From assembly GCA_964016885.1 (NCBI GenBank), contig OZ024741.1, positions 101,990,001 through 102,054,000 on the forward strand: DNA of 64,000 bases, written 5' to 3'. Origin of the DNA: Eledone cirrhosa (Eukaryota). Position 1 is the first letter of the stretch. The number at the start of each line of letters is the position of its first letter. This document shows positions 14,825-27,750 of the stretch, piece after piece. Both the position numbers and the translations under genes were made by a program. A model generated the notes under the pieces. It was given only the letters and a program-made list of their open reading frames with translations. It had not been told where the DNA came from and did not search any database.

Positions 14825-16250
14825 TAAGTCTACGCAATCTGTGTTTGCATGCGGTTACCAGTTCGTCTTTCTTGTTTAGGAGTTGGTCCTTCGAAAACAC
14901 CATTTGTAATGTTTCCTCCGAGCATAAGTTACACGGACGGCGTCCTCCCGTGTAAGAGTTAGCTCTGGACAGTAAGCTCCAAGTGAGATTGTAGGTTATA
15001 TTATTATCTTTGAGGTCCCAGATGTGGCCCGAAAGTGTAGTGGCATGTCGCCGGGCCGGGTTTCGGAAAGTATATCGGTGTTGTTAGTGCCGGGTCTTGA
15101 AGTCACAAGCGGTTAATCCTATACAAGCTTTGTTGGAGGTGTCCGTCCTCACGTTGTACTGATAGATCACATTACGATCTCGACATCTGTTGTTGAGGGG
15201 GCACATAGATCTATCAGGACAGTTACACCTCCTGTTCGGCACTCCACTGGTGTCTAGGTTATTTCTTCCATAGGGGTTGAGTTTTTTGTTGTTAGAGGAG
15301 ACGATGTTTTATGCGAAGTTAGGTGTGGTGCTGTAGGAGAGTTTGATGGTGTTTTTGTTGATTATATTGTGGTAACGGTGTTGTAGTGGGAAGTGTTTTT
15401 CGAGGAGCCTAAAGAAGATTTTCCCGATAGGTGTTGTCACCTCGACATTGTGGGGAGGATTGAACCGCGTTACATTGCGTGAGCAGCGGTGTCGCCTGCT
15501 GGTTCCGCTAATGGAAGCTGGATAATAGGATATTTCCTCCCGGAAGCCACTCCGCTTGAGGGCCTGGTTGTAATAAGGCGCACGTTCGTCGAATATCTGT
15601 TCATTAGCGGACAAACGAGATATGCGGAGGGAGATGTTTTTAACCAGGTTATTGGTGATGTTTCTAGGCTAGTTCGAGCGGCGGTGGATGTAATGCAGGT
15701 TGTCGTTTGATTTCCTGTATGGGTAGTACAGATCATTATCGAGGTTAAGAGTAACGTCCAGGAAGTTTACTGGGGTTAGGGACGTTTGTAGGGTTATTTT
15801 AAATCTCCAGTCCCGGAAGAAGCTGCTAATTGTTTACGGACCCGGTCTGCACTACTGGGGTTGTACCCTTTGAGGGTGAGGAGCCCATCATCGCGGTACA
15901 ATCCACTGCCGAATGCAGGAAACATTTCGGTCAGTTTAAATAGTAGGAATAATCCTATAAGATCTGTGACCTCAGCCGAATCCGTCGCGCCCATACTGAC
16001 GTCGAAGAGGGAGTCAGGAGCTTCCTTTATCCATTTGGAGTTGTCGAAAAGTAGGACTGCCTTCCTGGCGTGGAGGATGATATTTCTTTCCTGGTCAGTG
16101 ATGGTTGTGAGTGTTTCGGCAAAGTCCAAGGCGGCCGTAAGGAACGGTAAGGTAATTGATGCATAGTAACTCTCTATGTCAAAGTGGATGAATTTTGTGT
16201 CTCGTTTGTCCTTCATATTGTTGAACCATGAGATTACTTCCTGGGTGCTG
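14825..16250 (-). pseudogene. Disrupted PLE RT/GIY-YIG coding sequence
   Basis: ORF pieces 15794..16216, 15470..15736 and 15309..15614 lie in different frames; stops occur downstream. Confidence 0.85.
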
Positions 16251-16531
16251 ACCCATTTTTTTTACTTCCTTTCGATTTACCTATTCTTTAAACCCCCCTC
16301 CCTCCTCTTCTCCAGTACACTTTTTTCGACCTTTTATACACTATCCTTAGAATCTGCTGTATAGATTTCACTTTCAACGCTTGACTGGGTTTCCCCCACT
16401 ACCTCTTTGTTCTAGCGGCAAGTTCAGCCACCCCTACCACCCACCAAATGCCATGATAGATTCATCTGTCTTTACAACACATTTTTGACCAATCCTTTTG
16501 ACAATTACTATCTTCCCATATAAGGAAATAC

Positions 16532-16610
16532 CTCCTGAGAAGTTCGGCTATTTATTTACCAGGCTAAAAATTATTATTTAGTCCAGAAATAGCCGTCGAA
16601 ATGGCTTGAG
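16532..16610 (+). ncRNA. Variant hammerhead-like motif in the PLE-2 terminal repeat (mirror copy ~13700-13780, minus)
   Basis: CTC-CTGAGAA-g-tt-CGGCTATTT...AAATAGCCG-t-c-GAAA-(t/c)ggc-TT-GAG. The core deviates from CUGANGA. Confidence 0.4.
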
Positions 16611-16716
16611 CTCTGCCGTCGGGGTCATACTTGTTCCTATTACCCACTCTACTACCCTAAGTATTGAGTACTTTGGTGCTTTATGGTCCATCTGGTTCCT
16701 TACCACATTTCCTTCG

Positions 16717-16812
<96 letters not shown>

Positions 16813-16878
16813 GTATATATATATGTATAGTTGTTGATGGTTGCCATTTCTCTGTGTAATGCAGTTGTGTTAAATAAC

Positions 16879-17505
<627 letters not shown>

Positions 17506-17933
17506 TAATATGGTATAATATAATATAATATAATATAATATAATATAATATAATGTAATATAATATTTATATACTACAAAAACTCTGTGATTGTGTGCTT
17601 GTCTGTAATGTAATACAGCCAAAACGACACATAATTGGAAAATACTTTGAAAGGAAGTTGCCCCTCAAATAGGAATACAAATGGGATAAAACAAGTTTCA
17701 CGTAAATTGGAGAAGGTGTTTTTTCCGAGTACCCTCATAAATAACCAACAGCTCTGTGATAACCAATAACCCTCTATATATATATTATAACCCCCAAACT
17801 ATATATTTATTTATTTACGTAATTTCGGAGGGTATGTGCATAAACACTTACTCACCGTACTGTATTATTGCAGTATTGTGTTAGCTCAATGTACGTAGAC
17901 AGAACCGTTATATGCAAAAGAAACCAAACAGTC

Positions 17934-17994
17934 TTTATTCACTAACAATGTTTCATCCTCACCTTTAGGCAGGAATCATCAGAGCTCAACAAAA
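17934..17994 (-). ncRNA. Hammerhead motif
   Basis: gct-CTGATGA-t-TCCT-gcctaaaggtg-AGGA-t-GAAAC-att-GTT-agt. Confidence 0.55.
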
Positions 17995-18189
17995 ACCGTG
18001 TTGAGTATAAGCTCCACAATAACTTAGTTACATGAACAATCAGAAAAAATAATATTGGAGATAGCTAACAAAGAGGTTCATGCTTGGGTTACTAAGCATC
18101 ACTGCAAAGTACCAAGGTACAATTGGATTCAACAAGATGAAGACACAGTAGAAGACTGTTTGAGTATGTAAGCGTTCTTTGGTTTCTTT

Positions 18190-18240
<51 letters not shown>

Positions 18241-18304
18241 GTTAGGTAATTTCGAAGGAAAAGTAAAGGAAAAAAGAGTGATGTATGTATAGAACAGAGC
18301 TATT

Positions 18305-18445
18305 TAATTAGAAAGTGAACAACACAAAATATAACTACTCCATTACCAAATATGACCGATCCAGACGTATATTAATATTGTCTGGGATCCAGAAACCTTT
18401 GGTAATGCAGTAGTTATATTTTGTGTAGTTCATTTTCTAATTATA
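18305..18445. repeat. Hairpin / inverted repeat with ~45-bp arms and a degenerate hammerhead-like centre
   Basis: aattagaaagtgaac...cattaccaaa / tttggtaatg...gttcattttctaatt. There is an internal ccagac/gtctgg stem followed by GAAAC. Confidence 0.6.
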
Positions 18446-19686
18446 TATATATATATTAGAAAGTGAGGTTTTTTTACAAAATGAAAAAAAAACGAGATGT
18501 CCTACACGAGTGAAAGTATAATGAAAAAAGATGAAATCGAAAATGCAACTGGAGTCTTTTTAAAAATATTTATTTGGTTCCTTTGCCGGTTTCGCATTTC
18601 TTCTGCTTTTCAAAAGTAGAATTGAGAGGGAGGGTTTGTTTTGTGGTTTTTCTCGCATCTGGTTGGTGTTCGAATGTTACTTCTGTTTTATATGGAAAAA
18701 AAGTGGCTCGAAATGCTAGGTTTTTAGAAAAGTAATTTGGTTGGTTATGTGAATAAGTATAGTAAATTTCGCGCCAGTTCGCGTTACAAAGTTCTTATTA
18801 TATTTGCCTTTAAAAAAAAGAGGTGGGTGAGGGCTCAGATTGTTTTTTCATATATAAGTGAAATTTGGTTGGTTGATGCAGTCACGTGAATAAGCACATC
18901 AACTTTCGCGCCAGTTTGTGTTTGAATTTCTTTTTACTTAAAAAAAGTGGCTCAGGAAGGTTTTTTTTTATAAATGTAATTTGATTGGTTATAAATGAAA
19001 TTATGACTGTAACGTGAACAAGTACATTAAATTTCGCGCCCGTATTTGGGAATTTTTTGGTAGCCATTTAGAGAATTTTGTGCCCCCAAAAAGATAATGG
19101 TCAAGAAAAAAGGGATGGGGAGAATTGTTCTGGTTCAGTGAGTATGGCTGTGCTGGGGTGTCAAAATTCAGACTTTCTATTGATATAAAGAAAGTAGAGA
19201 TATGTATTTGTATTTGTGTGCTCGTGTGTATGTGTGTAGGAAGATGATTCTATTAGTAGAAATGGGGGAGGGAGTTATGTCTGTGTGTGTGTATGGGTCT
19301 TATATATGTGTGTGTATGTGTGTGTGGGAGTATGGTTAGCATGTTAAGATGGCGGGAATATATATTTTATATATACTAACGGAATCATTTTCCTACACAC
19401 ATACTCACACACACAAATATATATTCTCTCGATCTTAACATGCAGACCATACTCCCCCACACACATACACACACACACATAACTCCATCCTCCATTTTTA
19501 CTAATATCATCTTCCTACACACTCACACACACCCGCACACAAATAAAAATACATATCTCTACTTTCTTTATTTCAATAGAAAGTCTGAATTTTGACACCC
19601 CAGCACATCAGCCATACTCACTGAACCAGAACAATTCTCCCCATCCCTTTTTTCTTGACCATTATCTTTTGTTTGGCACAAAATTC

Positions 19687-21618
19687 GGCACTACAACGGA
19701 ATTGGCTACCTGAAGTTAAAGTAGAAAAATGTGACGTCATTCGTCAACCTTCGTTTATTTCCGTATCACCACGCGTTTATTTATGTTTATTTACGTTTAG
19801 CGTAATCGATTTGTTTTCGATTAGTTTTCAAATGAAAATATATTTATTTCTCTTTGTATCAATTTGATAAATTGGCACTACAAGTTAAGTTAAGTTTAAA
19901 AATAAATATAAGTCATGGTTATCAAATTAGAAAACAAATTTATTTCCGCATCACCACGCGTTTATTTCATAGTCATGGTTATCAAATTAGAAAACAAATG
20001 AAGTTAAGTTTATAAATAAATATATGTTCATTTATATTTTCATAGTCATGGTTATCAAATTTTTTTTACCAACATTATACATTTATGAAGAAATGTTTCA
20101 AAAGCATGGATACAGATGACGAATATGTTCCAATAATCTTTGGAAAATTTCACCCTTAAATTCATACCGCCACATGAATTCAATTAGATGGGATTGAAGC
20201 AAATTTCTGGCTTTTCCGTTTTCCCTTTCATTCCTATTCTTTACATGTTTCCACAAGCATTCTATGTGGTTAGTTGTGGCAAATGTTACAGGATCAACAA
20301 AATTGATGGAATGATTTACAGTCAAATGTTGATAGCCTAGCTGATTGATCGTATTATAGGAGCGCCAGAGGTCAGAAATTATTGTCGTACCAGCCAATAT
20401 ACGATCTTGTATAATGGCTAAAAGCGTGTCTGCTGTCCGGTCTTCCACTGCCACTAAAAGACATCTTCTGGTATCTCTCTCCAAAGCACCAAAGACCCAC
20501 CGTGTTTTAACCTGATGGTCAACATTGTATTACCTTCTCACGAAGGCGCTTTCGTCAATCTCGACAATTCGGTTTGGCCCGCCAAGCTTAATGTTTTGTG
20601 CCACATAATATTCTGCACATACATCACGGCAAAAGTTTCGCCAATCTGCTACGGCTACATTCGCGATACGAGATTCCTGTGAAATCCCCTTGGCTAAATC
20701 TTCTTTTGCCCAATAATACAATATGTCAATTATTTGTTGACACTTCAATTTACTATTTTCTAGAAATGTGCCTTTTCTAATAGACACCATTTTTCTACAT
20801 GGCCTTCCACATGACCAGATAATTCCATCTGACGCATTCTTTTTCGCTACTTCCATCATGTGTTCACCACATGAAGGGCAGACCTTTTCAGTATTCAGAA
20901 GTTCATGTTTCAACCAATTAATGCTATCTGCTGTAGTAGCGGTAGCGATGGAAATATCGCGATGATTAATTCCATTTACGCTGGGGTATAATGTAGAATT
21001 CATTATATTTTTCAAGTTGCAAATCCGTGTATTATATACGTGTATTATCCCAAAGTGAAAAACCTAGGTTTGCATCAACGTGGTGATTTCAAAGTTTATT
21101 TGTTTACACGTGGTGGTTGTGGTGGTGCTGATTGGTGCTGATTGGTGGGGATTGTGTGAGAGTCTGGATTGGTGGTGCTGATTGGTATTCTCTGTATGTT
21201 TAGCGTAATCGATTTGTTTTCAAATGTACTCATTTTACTGTATCCATGCTTTTGAAACATTATTGAACATATTATTGGAACAGATATATATTCTTCATAA
21301 ATGTATAAGGTTGGTGAAAACAAAGAACATATACTTATTTATAAACTTAACTTCATTCGTTTTCTAATTTGATAACCATGACTATGAAAATATATTTATT
21401 TTTAAAATTAACTTCATTTGTTTTCTAATTTGGTATACAGAAATAAATAAATATATTTTAATTTGAAAACAAATCGAAAACAAATCGATTACGCTAAACG
21501 TATATAAACATAAATAAACGCGTGGCGATACGGAAATAAACGAAGGTTGACGAATGACGTCAGATTGATATCACATTTTTCTACTTTAACTTCTGACAGC
21601 CAATTCCGTTGTAGTGCC
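19687..21618 (-). mobile_element. Merlin (IS1016/ISXO2-like) DNA transposon
   Basis: TIRs GGCACTACAACGGAATTGGCT / AGCCAATTCCGTTGTAGTGCC, extending imperfectly for ~400 bp. The perfect 8-bp TSD CAAAATTC is at 19679-19686 and 21619-21626. Confidence 0.93.
20098..21015 (-). pseudogene. ISXO2-like DDE transposase with one premature stop at 20530-20532
   Basis: N-terminal CPSC...WSCGRPC zinc ribbon; IVEIDES, IISDLWRSY, HLTVNHS, TNHIECLW. The two ORFs are in frame across RR*YN (expected RRKYN). Confidence 0.9.
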
Positions 21619-22987
21619 CAAAATTCTCTAAATGGCTACAAAAAGAAATCCCAAATACGGGCGCGAAATTTATTGTACTTGTTCATGTGACAGTCATAAT
21701 TTCATTTATAACCAATCAAATTACATTTATAAAAAAAACCTTCCTGAGCCACTTTTTTTAAGTAAAAAGAAATTCAAACACAAACTGGCGCGAAAGTTGA
21801 TGTGCTTATTCACGTGACTGCATCAACCAACCAAATTTCACTCATATATGAAAAAACAATCTGAGCCCTCACCCACCTCTTTTTTTTAAAGGCAAATATA
21901 ATAAGAACTTTGTAACGCGAACTGGCGCGAAATTTACTATACTTATTCACATAACCAACCAAATTACTTTTCTAAAAACCTAACATTTCGAGCCACTTTT
22001 TTCCATATAAAACAGAAATAACATTCGAACACCAACCAGATGCGAGAAAATCCACAAACACACCCTTTCAATTCTACTTTTGAAAAGCATAAGAACTGCG
22101 AAAACGGTAAAGTATTTTTAAAAAGACTCCAGTTGCATTTTCGATTTCATCTTTTTTCCTTATATATATATATATATTTATTTAGTTTTGTTGGTTTACC
22201 ACTGGATAGAACTGGTCATTCCGTATGGTCAACCTCGATGTAATATTATGGAGAGCACTCAACGTAATGCAACTCACCCGTCTTCGTTTGTGTAGTTGGT
22301 GGTGCGAGTACGGAGTTAATTATTATAAAGTAACAGGAGGCTGGACTGGTGTAATTCCTTGAAAGGTTTATTATACAATGATCATTTCAATGACCGGGTT
22401 CAGTATGAATCCGGTGACATCATCAGGTATTTGAAATATAACAAAGGAATATAATAGACAAAATCCATGGGGCTGAAAATCAGAGACATGAGGGCGAGCG
22501 AACATTTTGCAGCTTCTACCCCGGTCGGCCGCCCTCAAGTGGTGATTATAAGGCCTATTTATGTCCATCTGGTGAAGGGGCGTAGGCCTATAATGTATTA
22601 CTACCACCCCGTCAAAGACAGAGGTCAGCGTTGAGATCAGGTCACAATCAAGCTGGTCATGCATGCTAGAAAGTGCCGCGAAAAATATTATTTCAAAGAA
22701 CATATATCTCTTCAACAAAGCTACATATAGTAATATATAGTGGGCGTCTGCATGGTATAATGTATGGACAGAAATTACGATCAACAATTAGAAACGGTAA
22801 ATTTATGTTTAGGTTTAGAAGATGCCATTTAAGATGAAATTAGAAAGATAAGGTTTAGGTTTAAAGTTATGAGATTAAGTTAAAGGAATTTACAGATTGA
22901 GGCTTTTATGAAAAGGTTTAAGTGTATTATAGATAGTCACGATAATGTTTCAGGGTAGAATATAGAGTAAAGATTAGGCCTATGCTT

Positions 22988-23495
22988 AGCGGTCAATAAC
23001 CAGCGACGTTACGGACCCAACGGCGTGTCAGCCGTTCCGAGTATTATCGTCTAGCGAAAGAAATAGAAATTTATTTTTCCGTCTTAAGCGTCTTAAGCGT
23101 CTTAAGCGTCGGGTGTGTTAGCGGGAAGTCCTCCACCACCAGCTGGCTATCGTATATACCTAGCGATTACTAGTTATTCACACAGGTGGGGGATTTAGTT
23201 AAGTGCTAGTAGAAGGAGGCATGATAAGGACAACAGTTATGATTAAGCCTAGAATTTAAAGGTACTGTTTAGCTGTCAATAACCGGTGGTGCGGCGGGTT
23301 CCAAGTCTGACAGGGCCCCAGGGCGAAGCCATTCCGAGTAATTTCGTTTGCCGAAAGAAGGGGAAATTTATTTTTCCAAGCACTCAAGGAAGGCTGATCG
23401 ACCCGAGCGCCTGGCGTGCAGTCGGGAAAGCCGCCATATCCGTCAGACCATCGCGTGTACCAAACGATTATTAGTTATTCACACCCGTGATGTGA
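22988..23495. repeat. Diverged direct duplication (~285-bp period) of a GC-richer, potentially structured ~200-bp unit
   Basis: Shared blocks gtcaataacc, gccRttccgagta, cgaaagaa, gaaatttatttttcc, cgggaa and cgattaYtagttattcacac. Confidence 0.7.
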
Positions 23496-24066
23496 AGTTT
23501 AACAGTGGCAAAATCTGATGAAATGTGCAAATAAACTATATTTAGTCCCCAGTTAGTCCGGGTTATATGTAGTGTGAATCTTGAGTGGGTAGGGGGAGTG
23601 AATAAAGATAAAACAGATATAAAGGGTACAGATAGTAATATTCTAGGGTCGTGTGCTAATGAGTACAATGATAAGTATATAATTGTTTCTACTTTTGGCA
23701 CAAAGCCACCAATTATCCCAGTGTGTTACTGGTAGTATATAATGAGAGTAAAGCGAGTAAATAAATACATAAATAAAAACATAAGTAAAATACATAAATA
23801 AACTGCAGTCATAACTAGGGTGGTGATGTAGGGAGTAAAGAGGAAGTATATAAGAACATATCGAAGAAATCAAAATACAGAAGAAAAATACAGATCAGGT
23901 GCAGTTGGAGAATACAAGGTTATACATATAGATATAGAGGATGGAAGAGTTGGAATGGTATCAGGTGATACCTAGTGTATGTTCGAGTCTTAATTTTCAA
24001 TGTGAATCCCAAAAGCCCTCAAATATAGGATAGAGAATTCAGTCAATACAATACAGGGTATAGTAG

Positions 24067-24177
<111 letters not shown>

Positions 24178-24337
24178 CAAGTAAGAATATTTTCGAAACA
24201 GCGAGTGGGTTTGAAATTATTAGAAATGTAAGCTATCGCCGTATTTTGACTAAAGAAATTAAAGAAATTATTTAGGCTGATAGTGGGGTTAAGAACCCTC
24301 GGAGAAATGGAAAAAGATGAGTATTGACGTACATGTT

Positions 24338-25387
24338 TTTAAATTTGCAAAAGAGATCGCCTCGGCACACTACGGGATAGGGCCACTTTGGAAAAGTGGC
24401 TCACTGACCGCAGACCCCCAAGAGATAAATGAGGCACTGCATGAACAATACAAAAGTGTTTTCACATCTCCAATGAGTCACATGCAAATAAATAAGCCAG
24501 ATGAGTATTGACGTACATGTACGTCAATACTCATCTTTTTCCATTTCTCTGAGGGTTCTTAACCCCACTATCAGGCTAAATAATTTCTTTAATTTCTTTA
24601 GTCAAAATACGGCGATAGCTTACATTTCTAATAAATATATATATATGTATATAAAATATTAAAAAAATAATGAATAAAACAATGAAACAGTTCCTTATAT
24701 TAAACAAAAAAAGTTCATTATTTAACGATCGTTTCTAGGACATATATGTGTTAGAATTGGCATGCATATTCAAAAGATCTATGTACAAAATTATACAAAA
24801 TTATACAAACTATCAAATAGAATATACATACCAACACACACATATGCCGTCTTCAGAAATAATTATTTCTGAAGACGGCATATGTGTGTGTTGGTATGTA
24901 TATTCTATTTGATAGTTTGTATAATTTTGTATAATTTTGTACATAGATCTTTTGAATATGCATGCCAATTCTAACACATATATGTCCTAGAAACGATCGT
25001 TAAATAATGAACTTTTTTTGTTTAATATAAGGAACTGTTTCATTGTTTTATTCATTATTTTTTTAATATTTTATATACATATATATATATTTATTAGAAA
25101 TGTAAGCTATCGCCGTATTTTGACTAAAGAAATTAAAGAAATTATTTAGCCTGATAGTGGGGTTAAGAACCCTCAGAGAAATGGAAAAAGATGAGTATTG
25201 ACGTACATGTACGTCAATACTCATCTGGCTTATTTATTTGCATGTGACTCATTGGAGATGTGAAAACACTTTTGTATTGTTCATGCAGTGCCTCATTTAT
25301 CTCTTGGGGGTCTGCGGTCAGTGAGCCACTTTTCCAAAGTGGCCCTATCCCGTAGTGTGCTGAGGTGATCTCTTTTGCAAATTTAAA
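24338..25387. repeat. ~1050-bp spacer-less palindrome (axis 24862/24863)
   Basis: The arms are essentially identical (2 mismatches seen near 24360). Each arm contains a nested 36-bp palindrome gatgagtattgacgtacatgtacgtcaatactcatc. Confidence 0.93.
24862..25008 (+). ncRNA. Hammerhead motif with long stem II (mirror copy 24717-24863, minus)
   Basis: ATTATTT-CTGAAGA-c-ggcatatgtgtgtgttgg...ctaacacatatatgtcc-ta-GAAAC-GATC-GTT-AAATAAT. Confidence 0.7.
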
Positions 25388-26670
25388 GAAGGCCTTAGGG
25401 TTCGTCTTTATGTTTTTTATAGCCTTGGTTTCTCTTTCTTCCCTCTCCTTTTCATGGGAGAGTTTGAGTTGATTTTCAGTTTGAAACAGTGCCTGCTTCA
25501 AATGGGATCACGTCTTGTTCCTAACTTGTGTATATAGCCGGTTTGAGATCGTTCTTTTTCTTATAAGAATTCTGTTTCTGGGAATAATATTCTTGTGTCT
25601 GTTCGCCTTTCTTTCTGGGGCAAACTTGGAAGATACGGCTTGTATTATTTCCATGAATAGGGCGGGTAGGTTGGTAGTATCAGTGGAAAGTCGGACGCCA
25701 TGCTTTGTAGCATAGAGTTACGGCCCTTTGCGTTCTGAGTTCAAATCCCGCTGAGGTTAACTTAGCATTTCCTCCTTACGAGGTTGGTAAAATAAAGTAC
25801 CAGTCATACACTGGGGTCGATTTAATCGAATTTCCCCTACCCCAAAATTGTTGGCCTTTCGCCTAATAAGGAACCATTATTTCCATGAATTGCTCAAGTT
25901 GTATGTTGGCATCTTCCATAAAGAGACTGTCGGTCCAGTTTTGCTTCAGGATTCCTTCTGAGTCCTTTCCCAGTTAGATTTGAGGAAGTTTAAGCTGCAT
26001 AGAGACCGAGTGCTTCATGGCAGCTATATATCTCCAGTCTTCCTTGGACTATATATTCCTAGTTTTACTATGTCATGATCCGAGAAAATCGTTTGTGTCA
26101 CTTTCATATTGTGGATGAGCTCCGTGTTATTTGTGAAGCAGAGATCCAGGGTATTCTCACCTTTTCTCTTGTGGAGTCCCATTTGTTCCGTGAAGAGTCT
26201 GTTTGTAAGGCCCAACAAGAATTCTGTCTGCTTTTGTTCAGGTGCCGTAATTCCTGAGAGGGACTGACCTTCAGGCCATTTGAGCTTGGGGAGGTTAAAA
26301 TCTCTCAGCATTAGGACGTTGTGACGCTGATCAAAATTGATCAGCATTTCTTCAATCCTTCTGAGGCTATCTTCAATCTATTTCAATGTCTGAGGGCATC
26401 TGGTGGTCGATATGGGACACATAGTACCATTTTGAGTTGCTTTACGTATACTATTAGCGTGTCACAGACCAAGTTGGAATGTGACATCTTCGCAGGTGTA
26501 CAAAGCAACTCCACCACAAGGGCTCTCCCTCCTGTCAGTACGAAATACAACATACTTTGGTTTGTGTATGTCCGCATCTGCCCTGCTAGCTGTCAGGTGA
26601 GTTTCAGTTAGTGCCATGCATATTGCTTGTAACTATGTGTCTTAGGTAGGGGATCTGACATTAAGTAGTA
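25225..26670 (-). pseudogene. CR1/L2-like LINE ORF2 fragment (AP endonuclease and linker), interrupted by a SINE
   Basis: YRPPD, RDFNLP (GDFN), NTLDLCFTN, FSDHDIV, IKTNPKAFFKF; several frameshifts. Confidence 0.85.
25665..25881 (+). mobile_element. Nin-core SINE inserted in the LINE
   Basis: A/B boxes and Nin core. The target attatttccatgaat is duplicated on both sides. Confidence 0.85.
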
Positions 26671-26764
26671 GCACTGGTGTGGTATTTGGGGTGTTAGTGG
26701 TGGCTGCTGATATGGTAGGGGTGGCCACTCTGGGCCCTTTATTTGTATATATATTTATAATAAT

Positions 26765-27750
26765 ATAAAAAAAGAAAATTTTCGCTCTACATGGCTGAAT
26801 ACAATAAATGTAATCTGAGTTTTTCGAATATTAATAATGATTTCTTATATAGGCACAAGGCCAGCAATTTTGTGGGAGGTAAAAGTCGATTAAATCTACC
26901 CCGGTGCGTGACTGGTACTTTATTTTATCAGTCACGCACTGGGATTGATTTAATCGACTTTCCCCTCCCCAAAAATTGCTGGCCTTGTGCCTATATAAGA
27001 AATCATTATTAATATTCGAAAAACTCAGATTACATTTATTGTATTCAACCATTAATAATAACATTCGATTCGTTTGCAATCAGTCATATCTGCATATTAG
27101 CAGATCCACTGATCAGCCAGATTTGCATATCAGCATACCGGCAAGTATGTTTCCTGTATACGAGCGATGAATGACTGGCTTTGCCACATTCAAATAGAAA
27201 TAGAAAATTTTCACTCTACATGGTTGAATACAATAAATGTAATCTGAGTTTTTCGAATATTGATAAAAAGATTCGATTCGTTTGCAATTATGCAAACAAG
27301 CCTCATTTTTATAGCCATGTCAGTAGAATGAACACTTCATTCTTGCTCTTGTGTTGGCATGTAAACAGAACTGCAGACACTAATGTTTATGGGTATTACC
27401 CTTCATCAGTACAGCTCATTGTTCACCTGCCAACTGTCAGAGCTAGTGAAAATATATGCTATTTTCTAAAATATACAGTGACTGATCGGCCTGATTTGCA
27501 TATTAGCAGACTGGCTGATCAGTCAGATCTGCATATTAGCAGATCCACTGATCATCCAGATTTGCATATCAGCAGACTGGCCAGTCAGTTTCCTGTATAC
27601 GAGCAATAAATGGCCGGCTTTGCCACATTCAAATAAAAAAAGAAAATTTTCACTTTACATGGCTGAATACAATAAATGTAATCTGAGTTTTTCGAATATT
27701 AATAGTAACATTCGATTCGTTTGCAATTATGCAAACAAGCCTCATTTTTT
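26765..27750. repeat. Rearranged cluster of the 937-1125 repeat family, with a palindromic SINE-tail segment (26835-27005) and 33-bp octamer-containing repeats
   Basis: Three direct copies of tacatggYtgaatacaataaatgtaatctgagtttttcgaat plus one inverted copy; axis near 26925. Confidence 0.8.

Larger units (their letters stand above)
13672..16718 (-). mobile_element. Penelope-like retroelement 2 with ~390-bp inverted terminal repeats (13672-14062 / 16255-16640), flanked by (TA)n on both sides
   Basis: Frameshifted RT (FDIESYYASI, MGATDSAEV, GLYRDDGL), RFNPP motif, and GIY-YIG remnant (NVIYQ...CIGLT...FKTRH). The near-identical inverted repeats are typical of PLE 5' inversions. Confidence 0.9.
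18519..22162. mobile_element. ~1.7-kb foldback/MITE-like element (arms ~850 bp, centre ~19385) interrupted by a Merlin transposon
   Basis: 18519-19080 is the reverse complement of 21619-22162, and 19080-19370 is the reverse complement of 19400-19686. It ends in TA. Confidence 0.85.

Noticed and set aside
22371-22787. 138-aa ORF as a host exon
   Set aside because: No recognisable motif, non-ATG start, and a repeat-rich context.
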